The notes beneath the pieces were generated by a model. The model searched no databases. It was not told the DNA's origin and saw only the letters and a program-made list of their open reading frames with translations. The position numbers were made by a program, and so were the translations under genes. From assembly GCA_030704615.1 (NCBI GenBank), contig CM060731.1:6076001-6140000 (forward strand): DNA of 64,000 nucleotides, written 5' to 3'. Of the stretch, positions 1-13,960 are shown one piece after another. The first letter of the stretch is position 1, and every line of letters begins with the position of its first letter. The DNA comes from Takakia lepidozioides. Taxonomy: Eukaryota > Plantae > Bryophyta.

Positions 1-1010
1 ATTACCCGCTTGTAACTCCCTTTCATTGAGCTTTATTTTTTTAGTTGTTGGGCTGATTAGCCCATTGCTCTTGTGCTACGGCTGATCGTGCATGGGAGGG
101 AAAGGAGGGCAAGTAGGAAGGCTTGCCAACCAGCCCCTCTTGCACCGCACATGTAAGCATCCCCCTTCATTTATTTTTTCCATAAAATTGGTATAGCAAG
201 GGCTGATTAGCCGCTGCTAATGCAGATCTCACACACAAGAAGGAGGTCCAGTGCAAGTAAAAAAGCACGTCAACCAGCCCCTCTCATCTTGTAGTAAGCC
301 CCCACCCTTTACCTTAGTTTTTTAATGTTATTCTTTCCAATGTGTGGTACAACAAAAGGCTGATTCGTCCTTCCTCATAGTGATATGTTGCACTCGGGAA
401 GGGAGTATAAATAATAGGCCTCTTGACCCGCCAACCAGCCCCCATTACCCGCGTGTACTTCCCCTTCATTGTTCTTTATTTTTTTAATTATTTTAAGTTT
501 GTGATATAAGAGGAGCTGATTAGCCCCTTGCTCTTTTGCTATTGTAGATCGTGCATGGGAGGGAAAGAGGGCAAGTAGGGAGGCCTGCCAACCAGCCCCC
601 GTTCCACCACACATGTAAACATGCCCCTAATTCAATGTTGCATATTTTTTTTTCCCCAGAAAATTGGCATAGCAAGGGGCTGATCAGCCCCCTACTCTGT
701 TGCTATGTAGATCACACACAAGAAGGAGGAGTGTGAGTTTAGAGCCCGCTAACCAGCCCCCTCATCCTATGGTAAGCCCCCACCCTTTAATAGCTTAGTT
801 TTTTATTTTATTTTTTCCAATGTGTGGTACAACAGAGGGATGATTTGCTCCTCCTCTCATAGTGAAAGTTTGAACTCGGAAAGGGGAGCACAAATATCAA
901 GAAGGCTTGACAGCCAGCCCCTACCTCTTGTGGACAATCACCCCACTTTAAAGCTTCATAATTTTTAGTTATAACTCTTCATGTTGTGGTATAACAAGGA
1001 CTGATTTATT
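1..1010. repeat. Degenerate tandem repeat (~150-bp subunits in a ~465-480-bp higher-order unit) upstream of the hAT transposase
   Basis: Recurrent GCTGATTAGCCC and CCAGCCCC motifs. 50-137 matches 514-600, and ~180-370 matches ~660-850. Confidence 0.8.
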
Positions 1011-1447
1011 TATATGTGGTGAGGGCATTGCAGATCATTTCCCAAGGCATGAAGTAGCCAAGCTGACCACTGAAGCATAAGACTGGTCCACCCCCAACTT
1101 GCTAGGTAGTTTTTGTAATTTGAAAATGTAAATGTACATGTACTAGATAAAGAAAATAACGTAGATCTAAATGTAGGCCATGTATGTAACATTCAGCTCA
1201 ATATGAAATAATAAATTGAGCAGTGCGGTGTCTCTTCCCACACTTTCGTTTTGGCCAGCCATATACCATTCCAAACTTTTGTAAATATATGAATTGTGCA
1301 CAATTATTAAATGTCTTTTGGATTATTTGTTTGCATTGTTTTTACACAGGAGTTGTTCCACAAGCTTTTTATGTCATTGAGCCCAATATTTTCGATTAAC
1401 TAGAAAGAGAAGTTGTTCCTGACATCAATTTTGATAATGAGAGAGCT

Positions 1448-3720
1448 TTGGTGAAATGTCATGTTGCGGAGGATGCTCATCATGCAACCTCATTTACATC
1501 AGCTCCTCAAGCCTCGGCTGCAATGTCATGTTCCACAGTTTTACCATCACACACGGTGTTGGATGTGGAGGCGCAGCTCCCAGTACTTGAAAAACAACGG
1601 GATTTTTGGAAGCCCCACAATCGCACTGTTTCGACATGGGCATTCTATGCAACAAAAGACTCTGCTCCAGTGGACATAACAAATCCACAACAGATGAGGT
1701 GTGTTCTATGTCATCCTGTTGGTGTCACTCCTGCAAGCAAGAAGGGCATTGTGACCTATAACAAAACCAATGGTATCTCTGCCCTTCGAAAGCATGTGGA
1801 TTAAGAACATGACATTGTTTTTGCGTAGGTGGATTGAGAGGGAAAATGAATGACCTGAGAAGACCCGTACGCCAGCAAAAAATAAGCCCATCCCCACTCC
1901 TGGAAACATAGTTTTTTTTTTTTGGAGCTCCACTCCATACAACCAAAATGATGATCAACAGAAGCAGTTCAATGAGGATTTAGTCTTGTTCATTGCAAAG
2001 AAGTTGGTTCCACTGTCTTTGGTAGAATGGCTAAGAAGGATGGTGTTGAGGCAAAATCCTCGGATTGTTTTCCCTTCTCGACGGACACTTGTGAATGAGG
2101 TCATTCCAATCTTGGCAGAGAAGACGAAAGAGCGCTACATGTCCTCATCTCTTCAGAGTTGTCTTACTTGCTCTGTGAGTTTTGATTTGTGGATGTCAAG
2201 AGGGGGAACTGACACTTTTGTTATCATAGCGCACTTTATTAATGAACAGTGGGAGCAATGTCATGTGACTCTTGGCATGTTTGAGACACCTGACACATCT
2301 GGGACTGCCATGGCACATCAAGTCAACAATCTTCTTGTGAAGTATGGCCTCAATACTTGCATTATTGCTTACGTCAAAGACGAGGGAGGTAACTTGGCCA
2401 CTTTGACCAATGCTTTGAATTCGGTGGTCTCATGTGCGTGTTTGGGGTTGGATTCTCCATTTGTGGGTAGTTGTTTTGGGCATGTAATGTCCAAGTGTTC
2501 CCAGTATGCAACAAATGATGCAAAAGTATGCGCAGATATGATATCGGTTTCTATAAAAAAATGCCCAATCAGAGTTGCAAAAAACCATTACTTGGACAAA
2601 AAAAAGTGGCAAAGGGAGACAAGAATGGGCAAAGGCATGTGTGGACAGCGACATTCATCCCCGCAAATTGAAGACTCCGGTGAAGACACGGTTTGCTTCT
2701 AAGGTGATCCTCTTCCAAGAGACTTTGGAGTTTAGGTAAGCCATAATTACTTGTTACTTTAGGCAAACCTCATTGGCACTGCAGTCTCGCATACCAAGTC
2801 CACAAGTGTGGGCCATTGTCTAATCAATTTCTACAGTTCTAGGGCCTGTGGTTCATGAGTGCATTATGAATCAATCTGGGGGATTTTGGCTGTTGTCCGA
2901 TGCTCTTAATGCAGCCATTGCCACAACAATTCGCATGCGAGGAAGTAGTGATCCCAGGGCTGCAACTGTGGATCATTGCATGGGGGATTTCTCAACAGAG
3001 TTGACATTGTTGGAATGGCAGATGGCTCGAGAGGTGGTATATGTCTTGGAACCATTTCTTTCTTTTTTAGAAGGGTTTCAATCGCGCAAAGCTCACAATA
3101 TGCTTGCGCTTATACTTGACCCACGTTACAAGGGGTTGTCATTGGTATCACAATATGTGGGCAAAGAGCGTGCTTTGCATATTGTGTCCCAATATGATAG
3201 CTTGGTGTTAGAGCCTCTTTTGGTAAAGTGTTTCAAGGTCTTACATCCGGATACTCCGGCCCAATCACAGCCCACTTCCACAATGGACGAGATGTCCTTA
3301 TTTGGTGTGCATGACCACAATGAAGACATGACATTGATAGTAGTGAGAGAACAACTATCACATTTCAGAAGGACGAAGATAATTGAGGGTGAGTGCGTGG
3401 CTCCTTTGAAATGGTGGAAAGAACACGAGTCCATCTTTCCGTATGTGGGATTTTTGGCACGGCTAATCTTGGGCATAGTTGGATCTCAGATTGAAGCTGA
3501 GAGGGTTTTTAGTATTGCAGGTGTCATAACAAGCTTGAGACGGTGCAGGTTAAATATTGAAAGCCTTGATATGCTTGTGAGTGTAGTCAAGAATTGGCCA
3601 AATGATGCTAGAGTTGGTTGTTTTAGTACTTCCATGAAAGAGTTTTTGGATAGGGAAGAAATCCTCTTAGATGAGAATAATGACTTGATTGCAAAGGCAA
3701 ACCTCTTTGAGGTAGAATGA
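1448..3720 (+). pseudogene. hAT-superfamily transposase pseudogene (BED-type Zn finger, catalytic core, hAT C-terminal dimerisation domain)
   Basis: ORF pieces read MRCVLCH...GISALRKH (BED-like), SVSFDLWMSRGG (first catalytic D), SCFGHVMSK, LKTPVKTRF (other frame after an A-run near 2560), ALILDPRYK and PLKWWKEHESIFPYVGFLARLILGIVGSQIEAERVFSIAG. Several stops and frameshifts. Confidence 0.9.
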
Positions 3721-4787
3721 TTTGTCTTAGAGACAAATTATTGTTCAGCATATTACACTATACTCCTTTGATTGGAGTTTGTTTATTTGTTATTTTTATT
3801 GAAAATTTCAGTGACATCCCGTGTACTTAGTTTGTTGTATGTTATATCGACAAAGAATCATCCCAAAAACACAAATTTATGTAGTTTTTTTTAGTTGTGC
3901 TTTTGCTGCACCATAAAAGGTAACCATAGAATTACACATGTTTAATTTGTTTTGTATTTTGAATTAAGATCCTTATGTAGTTAGTTTGTTTTAGTTGTTC
4001 TTTGCTACACCGTACGAAAACTTATAAAATCTCTGGTTTTCCGTTTTTAATGGAGACCATGCGTATTTAACTTGTTATATATACCATAAAAGACAATCAC
4101 AAAAATCATATAAGGTAGAAACACCCAAATATGAGCAGGTCTCAAAATGGACCCCTATTTTTGGGGTGTCAAGTGGTCCCGCCTGCCCTTAAATGGCGAC
4201 CTTAGTGCCAACTGGCTGATTTAGGTTCTTTCATGGGCATTGTGGCCCCATGGTGCTTTGTTAGATGAACAAAAACGTACTAAATACTGTGACCAACGTA
4301 TTTGCCAAATGGAGGCCTTTTATAGGATACCTTTTGCTGGGCCGAGCCGTTGGGTGAGTTATTGGGCCATTTCAAGTGCACATCTCGTGCATATCAGGTC
4401 ACATGTAGGCTTCATATTAGATAATATTTCAGTGAGTTATGGTACCCTCTATAGCTCAGGCATAGCATTTTTGTGCCCTGCCACTTTGATAATATATATC
4501 AATTAGCCACTTCGTCCAAAATTCATGCAATTCAAACCACAAGCTGTTTGTTCAATTGCTCATCCAGTCATATAATTTTTCCCTTTACTGCACCAATTGT
4601 ATGGGCATATCTGCTTAAGCGCTCACATTTGGGTGTAACTACCTTAAGTTTATTTACTTCTGTTTTACTAATAAATCCCCTGGTTTTAGTTGAAAATTCT
4701 GAATATTCAGTATGACCAATCAGATCAGTTCATCTAATTTTCCAGAAGAATAAAAAATTTAAAAGAATTTAATATATTTAAAAAAAA

Positions 4788-4995
4788 GAACCGGAACCTA
4801 ACCGGAACCGGTGTTTTTTTTCCAGCAACTAACCGGTAACCGGAACCGCCCCAATGTTAAAAAGTCAGAACCTGAACCGGACTGGAACCGCCTTAATAAA
4901 AAAATAACCGGATCGGGATCCGGAACCGTCTCTTCAAAAATTTGTGGAACCGGAACCGAAGGTTCCTTCACAAAGGCAAGAACCGCCCAACACTG
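4788..4995. mobile_element. Terminus of a non-autonomous hAT-type element with AACCGG subterminal repeats
   Basis: Many GAACCG/AACCGG motifs ending in AACCGCCCAACACTG (4981-4995). This is CAGTGTTGGGCGGTT on the minus strand, a CAGTG-type hAT TIR. The partner TIR was not found. Confidence 0.6.
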
Positions 4996-5505
4996 GTTAT
5001 TTTCTCCTCTCACTATAATTAAGGGGCCACATTTGTGAGCTGTCCCTCCCAGGAATTTCCCTTTGAATTTTTAATTTCTTTAAGAAAATACAATATCTAG
5101 CTTGAAGTCTTTTTATCTGATAATTTCACCCTATGATTCAAAAATGTGTTCACAGAACTTCCACTTTCACAAGCCTGACCGTATGAAAAAAGCCAAATTA
5201 TGTGGTCTACAATTTCCCATGACACATGCAAGGATGATGGGCAGAAGGAGTTTGGGCAGTTGATTGAATAGATTCAGGTGCAGAAGGGTCCCCACTTCAC
5301 CCAAGCAATGAACCGAATGGGTTTGACACCCAAGACAACACTCACCTTCACTGAATGACATGCCAGCAACTGTATACGACTAAACAATTTTGTACACTCG
5401 TAAGTGTCTATCATGAGACCCATTTAACATTCATGATGCTTCACAACAGTCTAGCACCTAAAAAATATGTTTCAACAAAACTTGTTATAACAATTACTCG
5501 CGTGA

Positions 5506-8500
5506 TTACTTCAGTCTTTTCATTGTCCGAATCACTTCCTGCAATGCTGGACCGTTCTTCCAGGGAGCAAAGGTGGTGGCAACCTTTTCGAGAGTTGATG
5601 CTGCTTTTTGCAGCCCACTCGGTGTTGGCTCCACACCACTTCGGTGTCTAAGTGCAAAAAGTACCCTGTTCACATCCTCATCTATCTCCAAGTCATACAC
5701 CTCCTCAAACACCTGCAAATTTCAGATTTCAAATGATCAGATCAAAAGCTATATACTTTGACTACCTCCACTAGTTTGTACCAACTTCACTCAACAACAC
5801 AAGCTCACAGGACCTCAACCAAGGAAAAGCCATGGCCACCTAACAAATTCATCATGGTGGAAGCTTTTACCAAATACTGCAATGATCCCATACCTTCCGC
5901 AGCATAGCCACTGACGTGACATGTGGAGAGGCTGCCCTTGAAACCACATTGATGGCCAAAATGCCCCCTTCAACCAGCGCTCCTCTAGCTGCCTGCAGAA
6001 ACGACTCTTCCAAAAACTCTGCAGGTGGACAGCTCAAGCCCGTGCTGCAATGCCACACACAACTGACCAGTCACTTATCCATTCAGGTACTGCAATACTA
6101 ACAGTATTAAAGTCCACAGGGAAGATATACAGAGGCAGCAGATATGGAGGATGCAACGTCATTCATCCATTTGTAACCCAGTCTCTCTACCATCTTCCTC
6201 TTACACAACAGTTAGAATGGTGCATAGTCGTAACTAGTGAGACACAGAAGTCCTGCCTTGGATCTTCCGAGTCTGCATCAATGAATAGGATGTGTAGGCC
6301 CTCCTCTTTCATGCTGGTTGCATCTTCAGTGCCATGCACATCATCCAAATCCAAGGCAAGCTCGGGTGCCGAACCACTTTCCGGTCCACAAGTTTCGTCA
6401 CTGCCAGACATTAACATTGGTCCATCTGTCTTGGAAGCACTAGCTGCCCTTGCAGCAGTGGCAGAGACTGCTTCTATTCCATCACCTAGGTGGAGCTGAG
6501 AGGACGTCAACATGTTAGTACAAAAGAGACCTTGGGCAAAGACCATTACTACATAATCACCCAGTCAATTTGTGACATACAGTAAAGACCTCAAGTAACT
6601 TGCAAAATACATGGATAGACAGTAAGATGACACAACAGCTACCTGCATACGTTCATTTTCGACAAACCCAAAGTGGTTTTTCGCCACGTCTCCAACAACC
6701 GCATCCAGCTCCACCACCTACAGAAGCTCTCTTGCATTGTCACCACCTCAGATCCTCCAAGGAAGGTTGCAACACTGTTTTTGGTGTTCCAGTTTTGTAA
6801 TTGACTTGTTGGCACTAACGTTTTGATGTCTGTACTGGATGTCTATCCAAGCTACCTAACAACTAGGAAACATGTTTATTAAGCACATGGTATGTTGATC
6901 AAATGGTATAAGAACCAAAGACAAAATGCATCACGGCATCTGAAACCCCAGGATGCCATTAAGCCATGACTCGGCACACACACCTGGATATAATCCACTG
7001 GAAGATGATTGTGCACAAACATAGGCAGAAGCCCTGCACCGAGCCCCACAATCATCACTCGTATCTGCAACCAGTGAAATTTCACCATCCCATCTTCAGA
7101 ACCAGCCAAGAAACATTCAACCCTAACAAAAAAGTCTTACAGGTTGTAGCACACACCTCATGTAGCTAACCTGGATTCAAAACCTGAATAGGTGATTCAG
7201 ACAGACTATTACAGACTTGTTTGCACTAGAGCCCTGAGAGTTCCATTGAAATTGTGTTGTGTTACTACTATGACTTTGTTTCCTACCCCAAATCACAAAA
7301 GAGCAGAACACTTCAAAATTACACAACAAAATGATCCAAGCTACCACAAGAAAACATCGTTTGAACACACGCTTTTGTGTCAGGATTGGATGAAAGAACA
7401 TGCTCAGCTCAATTCAGAAAAATCATGAGTACCACAGAAAAGAATTGGCACACACCGGCTCCTTAATAGACACCCAATTGTCCACCTTTCCAGCAATCAA
7501 TGCAAGGCCCGCAATCATTGCTCCATGGTACTTACTCGCTAAGCAACTGTGGTCCACCTTAAACTCCTCGTTCCAACCTGAAATTCACTATCTCAGTAAC
7601 TGGGTTGAAGCAATGTCCTTTAAGTGGTCAATTGCAGACGTTGAAAGAATGTGGTTTCTATCTTTACAAGAAATCCAATCCCTTCATTGTAGTGTTCGTG
7701 ATTTAACTCAAAAAAAGGTTAACCCGGATGATATCATATAGAGTTTAAAGTCTAGAGGAAGCTGAAGTTGATGCATTTTTAACACAGACCGTGAACGCAT
7801 AATAACAGGTATGTCTGTCATCGTAAAACTACACGGCTTTCACAAACAAAAACAGCACTGTCTACACAGATGGTTCAAGTGTACTTAATAGAGTTTTAAA
7901 TAGAGATGGAAGAAAACATACAGGCACATGATGACATCCTAATGAGATATTTACTAAGTTAAAGAAGATATACATCGTTCATAGCTCACTGTATCCAACC
8001 TCATCATACAACTGAACTAAATGTCATGCTACGCCTGACTATCCTACAAGCACAATCATATGTACATGATATGTAGCTCACATTGTCTCATGCTCCTTGT
8101 CAAATCCTTAGATTTACTTTTCTTCCTGCCACTACCATGGCGGCGGCCTGCCTCCATCCCGCTTCGAGAACCGTTCTTGTCATTGCTACGTGCCTTCACT
8201 GGAATCAGAGAAGCTTCCGACTGGATCAGGTTTGGGTTTCTGCGAAATACAAGGCGACGGAAATAGCTGTGCTTTGGTCCTCCCATTTTACTTGATTTCT
8301 CCTCTGAGAGCACCACATCCTCCACCTGTATTGTGCCTGTCATGGGCGACTCAATCTGCCATGTCCAATTGTCCATGGTAGTATCAGTCCTCACTGACAA
8401 AGAGAGAATGACCAGACAGCAAAACTAGTCTTGACTGTTAATAAAAAAATTTGTTGCCGTTGCATCTCCCCAATGTCTCTAAGACTGCATGCGGTCCTTT

Positions 8501-11500
8501 CAAATCTACAGTGTTATGAACGCTCAACTAAGTGTTGAGCCCCAAAGGACCTCTACCTTTCACACATATCCTAGGTATTAAAACTTCGATTCAAGTGAAC
8601 CTCAAGTGATAACTCAGAGAAAAAAAACTTTGATACAGGCAGCCAAGGCAATGTAGGTTTTGCTAAATTTTACATGACATCCCCGCTAAAGTCAAGCATG
8701 GAATCTGCCACTTCTGTGTTAGCTGGCAGGTCTAGTGGAATCCAAAATCCCACCTGAACATTAGCTCACCTCTTCAAGAATATTCCTTTGATACAAGCCG
8801 TCGTTTGCCGTCAAATATCTGCCAAAAGTAAGCAGAAGGGGTCATCATGTCAGGCTAGCATGATCATCATTCTTTCAATAGGAGCTGTAATGCATAAAAT
8901 AGGTCCTATGTTACGGCCACAGAACTTAAAATGTTTCTGGGAAAGATGCCGTCGTGACTTACGGAATGCTTGTCACATCCCTGCAGTCTGCAGGCAGAAA
9001 GGGCTTGACCAATGTGGACAGCTCCTTCTGCACAGTCACAGCATCCAGTTTATTGCACACCCCATCCCAACTGTACAAATCCACAAACTGGATGTCAACA
9101 TAGATAAAGCTGCTCACTCAAATTGTAGCCAATAAACACAGAAATACCAACCCAGTAAAGACGTGCACATGCTCTAAAGTGGAACCTTGGACCAAGTCAT
9201 GGGCATACCACTAAACTCTTGGAAGAACTTTAGTCATGCTCAACCAAAACTTCAAAGAAACCAGAGACATGTTGGAAGGTGGTGCTAGAGACATACCTGA
9301 ACATCACATAGGCTGCCTGGGTACTGCTGAGTGTCCAGCATTACCTGTATTGCCACGCCAACCACACAGCTTATGTCGGTTACAATGTACTGTCACCACA
9401 TTTCAGGAAAAAATTGAGGATGGTGGATGTAGCCATCGCACATTAAGTTGCCAAGCAGAACTAAAACTTGATAAACAACTAGCGAAGGTGATGCCATTCT
9501 ACCAGGATAAGCCGACCGGCTTGTGCACTTTCTATGACCTGCCATTGTCCTTCCTCTGATGAAAACAGCCATTCATGTGCTCGGCCCTGCACACAACCCC
9601 AGCTTTCCCCAATTCAGAAAAAGAGGATCATACCATCTTGTTAAATACAAATTGCCTTCAGATGTTTACTCCTTGACATTCTTCTTTGCCCTATTGTTTC
9701 CCTGATAGCAAGAAATGCAACACCACAACTTCGTGGTCAAAAAGTCAGTCTCCTCAATTGAAAAGAACCCCAATTGTCTACCTGCATATCAATTTCATCC
9801 TAGCCTCACAAAGTACAGGATTGCATTAAGCATGGAAGGATGTGGTCTGCAGAAAGAAGTATACTCCTACTCCTCCAGCTTCTACAGAAAAGGTCCTCCA
9901 GAATTGCATGCACACACACCTGCGACACGAGTTATCTAGGCCCCTTGGAAGTTGGCAAGAGCTTGATTAGGGTCTTGATTCTCAGGTACTACGATTAACT
10001 TGAATTGCCACCAAACCCTCTCAGTATTCGATACGCAAGCCTAAAGTTTAACCAAAAATGGAACTGTGCTGGGCCCACAAGGGTAAAGAGGTCCATTCAC
10101 CTTGGGAACCAAGAAAACAGCAGACTTGTAGACTTGCAGACTTTGAGAATTGAGGACGTCATCCTCCATCTTGGAGTCCAGGATAACTGAGGGATAGTGC
10201 CCTCCCAGCTTCACAACTCTCCTGCGACCTGGATGCAACTGATTGTAGCAATCCGGCAGGTCCTTGGCAATAACTTTATGAGGACCAATAGCACTCGTCA
10301 TTTCACCACACCCGGCTTGAATGCGCAACAAGTTCTCCTCTTCAATTGCATTCACTATAGATTTCATCTGCAGAAACATCTCATCGCACTTGATATTCCC
10401 GTGGTACAATTTCCTCAGCAAGCTTTGCTATGCAGGAGAAAAATGGTGAGCAAGCTTGGGAACTACTGCTTGTTTGGATGCTAGTGCAGTACATCCTTTC
10501 TTTCTATGAGAACTACATAGCAGCCAACAAAGACTAGAGAATGAAAATAGACATAAGCTCTGAATTGTCCACATCTTGAGGGTATCCTGTGGTAGATTCC
10601 TAACAAGTAGATAGCTGCCATTAGTGCAGTTGGGCTTAAACATGTCAGATGAATACCAGTTTGGACATGCCAGAAAGAGAGAGTGAGAGACTTGACTGAG
10701 AGAGGACATAGAGAATATACTCATAAGATATTTGCCGTACCCGAGAGAAAGAGAGAGGGGGAGATAGAGCACCTGAGCCTTATCCCCTTCTGAACTGCCA
10801 GCATCCAACAAGGAGGCTACTAATTCTACACCATGTGAACTGCTCTTTGTGGCAACCACCAGGAAAGGCTGCAACATGGACGGGGAATGACCAGAGACCT
10901 GTGGGACTTGGTGCACACCGCACTCCCAGCCTTGCCTAAATGTTGCGAGCAAATGCCCTGCTCTCCCAAAAACACAGCCCTGAGTTTTCTAAATCAATTT
11001 GTGTCGACTGTCAGTACTCTGCCCCAACCTACCAAAATATTCGAATTTCATGTGTTGACATAATTGCTTTCACTAAATCCCTTCACTGAGAGTGTGCAAA
11101 ACGCTTCCAAAACATACAAATGAAATGATTCCCATATACAGATCCATAACAAACTGGAAAACACAGTAATTTGATCTGCTCAAGATCTTGCATCCTCAAA
11201 AGAAAGGGTACTGCAATCACATGAAGCCCATACCAATGACATGCTTTTGAGCCAAGGTGATGCAAATATATCTGCCGCCTGGCTGCAACACTCGCTTGAC
11301 CTGCCATGATTCCATCCTACTCACTTAAATCCATGAAATGATGTAAGATGTAAGTCACCCTTCACTTAAAAGAGGAAACACAAACAAGACGATGCACTAC
11401 TAACACCCCAATCCACTAAGAGACTGATGGCAACAGCTGACCATGAAATCAGATCCAGAAGTAATCTCCTCAGAAGCATCACCAGCAAATACTGTTGTGC

Positions 11501-12539
11501 ATAAATAGAAGGGATGCAATTGGGTGGAGAAGAGACCTCGGACAAAAAATTTGTTGCTGCAGTCGAAATCTCTCCTGGTTCTCCCATGAGAGCATCCAGA
11601 CTACCCTTGTCTAGTACCACATCGAAGGAGCTATCTGCAAGCTGCCCCCAACAACCACCCTTCTCATTGAGCATGTGTGCATCCTCCAATCTGCTGTAGT
11701 CATCTTTGTAAGAGAAATCTAGCACAAACTCTCCACCCCAGATCCATTTCCTACCACGGAAACAGCACGAGTAAAAAATATATAGAGCGCAATTTCAAAA
11801 TAAGCATCAACCTAGAATTTCTAGGTGTCTGTAAACTCTGAAGCTTCCAAGGCAACATACATTGTTTAAGTGAATGGACAAACACGTGTAGCAATGATCT
11901 GCCGAGATTCACTATCTTCCACCTGTCCTAAATTATGAGACTCTTCATACTCGGTTGAATTCTATCGATCAGACTGTCAGAGGGTTTATACAATTACGTT
12001 CGCAAGTAGACAATTTCATATGCAAGCATAAGCATGTTGCAGATGCGTTCGAGGATTCATTGCGACAACTAAAATCTTTTGGTAGAGTGCCGTCGTATCG
12101 ATATGCTAATGCAGCGTACGCTCGCGAGATGTATCGAGGTATCATCCCTGAGGGGCAGCAGTGGGATAAGAGGCACCTGCAGTTGCGTCATGTCGTTCAC
12201 AAGCCAACGCATAAGAGGGCGGGCGCGCACATGCAACCGCAGCATTTCTGCTATCACAACTCTGGAGAAGTCCACATTTGTGACGTGCGTAAAGCCGGCA
12301 TCGTACATTTCAGCGGAGAGTGATGAATTGCCACAGCCTGGTACCAATATCTGCAGAGGAGGCTGCTGCTTGCTCACCATTCCGCAGTGCTCCTCCAGCA
12401 GCTGTGCCAGGTCCGGCCATGTCCCGTACCACTCAAAGGGCCGTCCCTTGCGCGCCTCGAAGAAGGAATCCCAGAACTGCGATTCTCTGAACTCCTTCAG
12501 ACTGCTCGGTAAGGGCACTCCCCCTGTCTCTGACCCCAT
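5506..12539 (-). CDS. METTL13: eEF1A lysine and N-terminal methyltransferase (METTL13/EEF1AKNMT-like, two SAM-dependent MTase domains); about 15 coding exons
   Basis: Exon 1 (12177-12539) reads FWDSFF..PFEWYG..ILVPGCGNSSLSAEMYDAGF..NVDFS. Later exons read FDVVLDKGSLDALM (~11.6k), GRAHEWLFSSEEGQWQ (~9.55k), YFRRLVFRRNPNLIQSEA (~8.25k), VGLGAGLLPMF (~7.03k), VVELDAVV (~6.7k), LHLGDGI..FIDAD (~6.3-6.5k) and GLSCPPAEFLE (~6.0k). The last exon VFEEVYDLEIDEDVNRVLFA..RLK* ends at 5506. Splice sites join in frame where checked. Confidence 0.92.
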
Positions 12540-12899
12540 CGCTCTTTCGCAACGAGCACTGATGATGGAGGACGCGTTACCGTGCCAATAAGCCTGCCGG
12601 CAGGTGGAGGAGCAACCACAAGTTTGGAATAACCTCGATGAGGGTAATTCCTAGAGTGGGCGTTGGGTTTGAGGTTTGAATTTGACCTAAAGCTAAGAGA
12701 GAAAAGTAGACCAAATTCTGTCACTGATGAACTTGCCTGCCACAGCTGCTGATTTCAGCTAGATAGACACATACAAAACATCCTCGGACACCCAATTGGT
12801 ATCGAGCTCTCAAAAAGCAGATGCATGTGGAAGCTTTCCTTTCGAAATGGCTTCCTAGAGCAGTTTTAGGAAATGCTGCCCCTTGGAGCTTGCTTCTAT

Positions 12900-13960
12900 G
12901 TAGGGAAGTTTCTTTCTCCACTCCCACTTAATCTGCGTTTTGGTACCCCTCTTTAAGGTGGCTTGTGCAGGGTGGTTAGTTCAACAAATACCCTCGCAGA
13001 GTCTCGATTCTATGGCACACGATCTGGGGCGGGCTGGCACAAGATGATGAATCATTTGCGGCAGAAACGACCCTCCACCAGGGCAGCTGATCAGGCAGCC
13101 CCTCTTTGGGACATTACGCGTGTGCGGAATATTTGGGGTTCTACTGGCCCTCTGGAGTACTTACACTTTCCAGTTTAGTTGGTGCTCACAGAGCCGTGAT
13201 CTTGGGAGATTGTGAGGAATGTTGTTCCACAATTGGTTCGGTTGCAACTCTGACTTCCCCTAGGGGCCTTCACTCCTGCCTATCTGACGAGGTTTCTGGG
13301 CTCCTGCAGCCCCGTTTTGTTAGTCCTATCGTGTAGGGACAATGAAACATCTGGGCTCGGCTTGTCAGTTTCTCGGATGGGATTCTCTCCTTTCAACAAG
13401 AATGTGCTATTCCGGTTTTGGCCTTGTATGCGATATGAGTGATCAAACCGGTGAGTGGGCCTGGTCTGGCTTTGTGACCCTTTCTATAATTACAGTGCGA
13501 AGTTGGGGTACTCGCCCCCCCCTGGACTCCAACATCCCTTCTGCAATGTGGGATAAGATATGGGTTGGACTCCTCCCTTCAGTCTCCAATTGGGGGGAAA
13601 CATGTCCGGAGCCCTCAGAACCCTGCTAAGCTCTTTGGGTTTGTATGGGGAGTCTGCAATCGTGTTCTCCCCTTGGGAGAATATAAGAACCGCACTCGCT
13701 GTTGTAATGTGTGCAGTTTGGGGCTTATGGAGTTTGTGGATCATGTACTAATTTTTCATTGTGACTTTGCTCTTGCTGTTTGGGCTAGGGTCGACGTTTT
13801 TACTCTGACTGGGCACTCATCAATGCTTCTTTGCTTGTGTGTTCATCTGATCAATTTCCACAATGGGGTTATTTGGAGGTTCTACAGAGTCTGGACAACC
13901 CTGCGAGCCCTCACCGTGTGGAACATTTGGAAAATCAAGAGCTGATTCTTCCACCCCTGT
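12900..13960 (+). mobile_element. Degenerate LINE (L1-like) ORF2 3' fragment (zf-RVT region)
   Basis: WDKIW.. followed by CNVCSLGLMEFVDHVLIFHCDFALAVW (CxxC..HxxxxC..W zinc knuckle) and WTTLRALTVWNIWKIK, typical of plant L1 C-termini. Boundaries are approximate. Confidence 0.7.

Larger units (their letters stand above)
1..4204 (+). mobile_element. Decayed hAT DNA transposon (left end outside the window; right end tentative)
   Basis: Contains the transposase pseudogene. The possible right terminus ...TTAAATGGCGACCTTA at ~4189-4204 reads TAAGGTCGCC on the minus strand and cannot be paired within the window. Confidence 0.55.
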
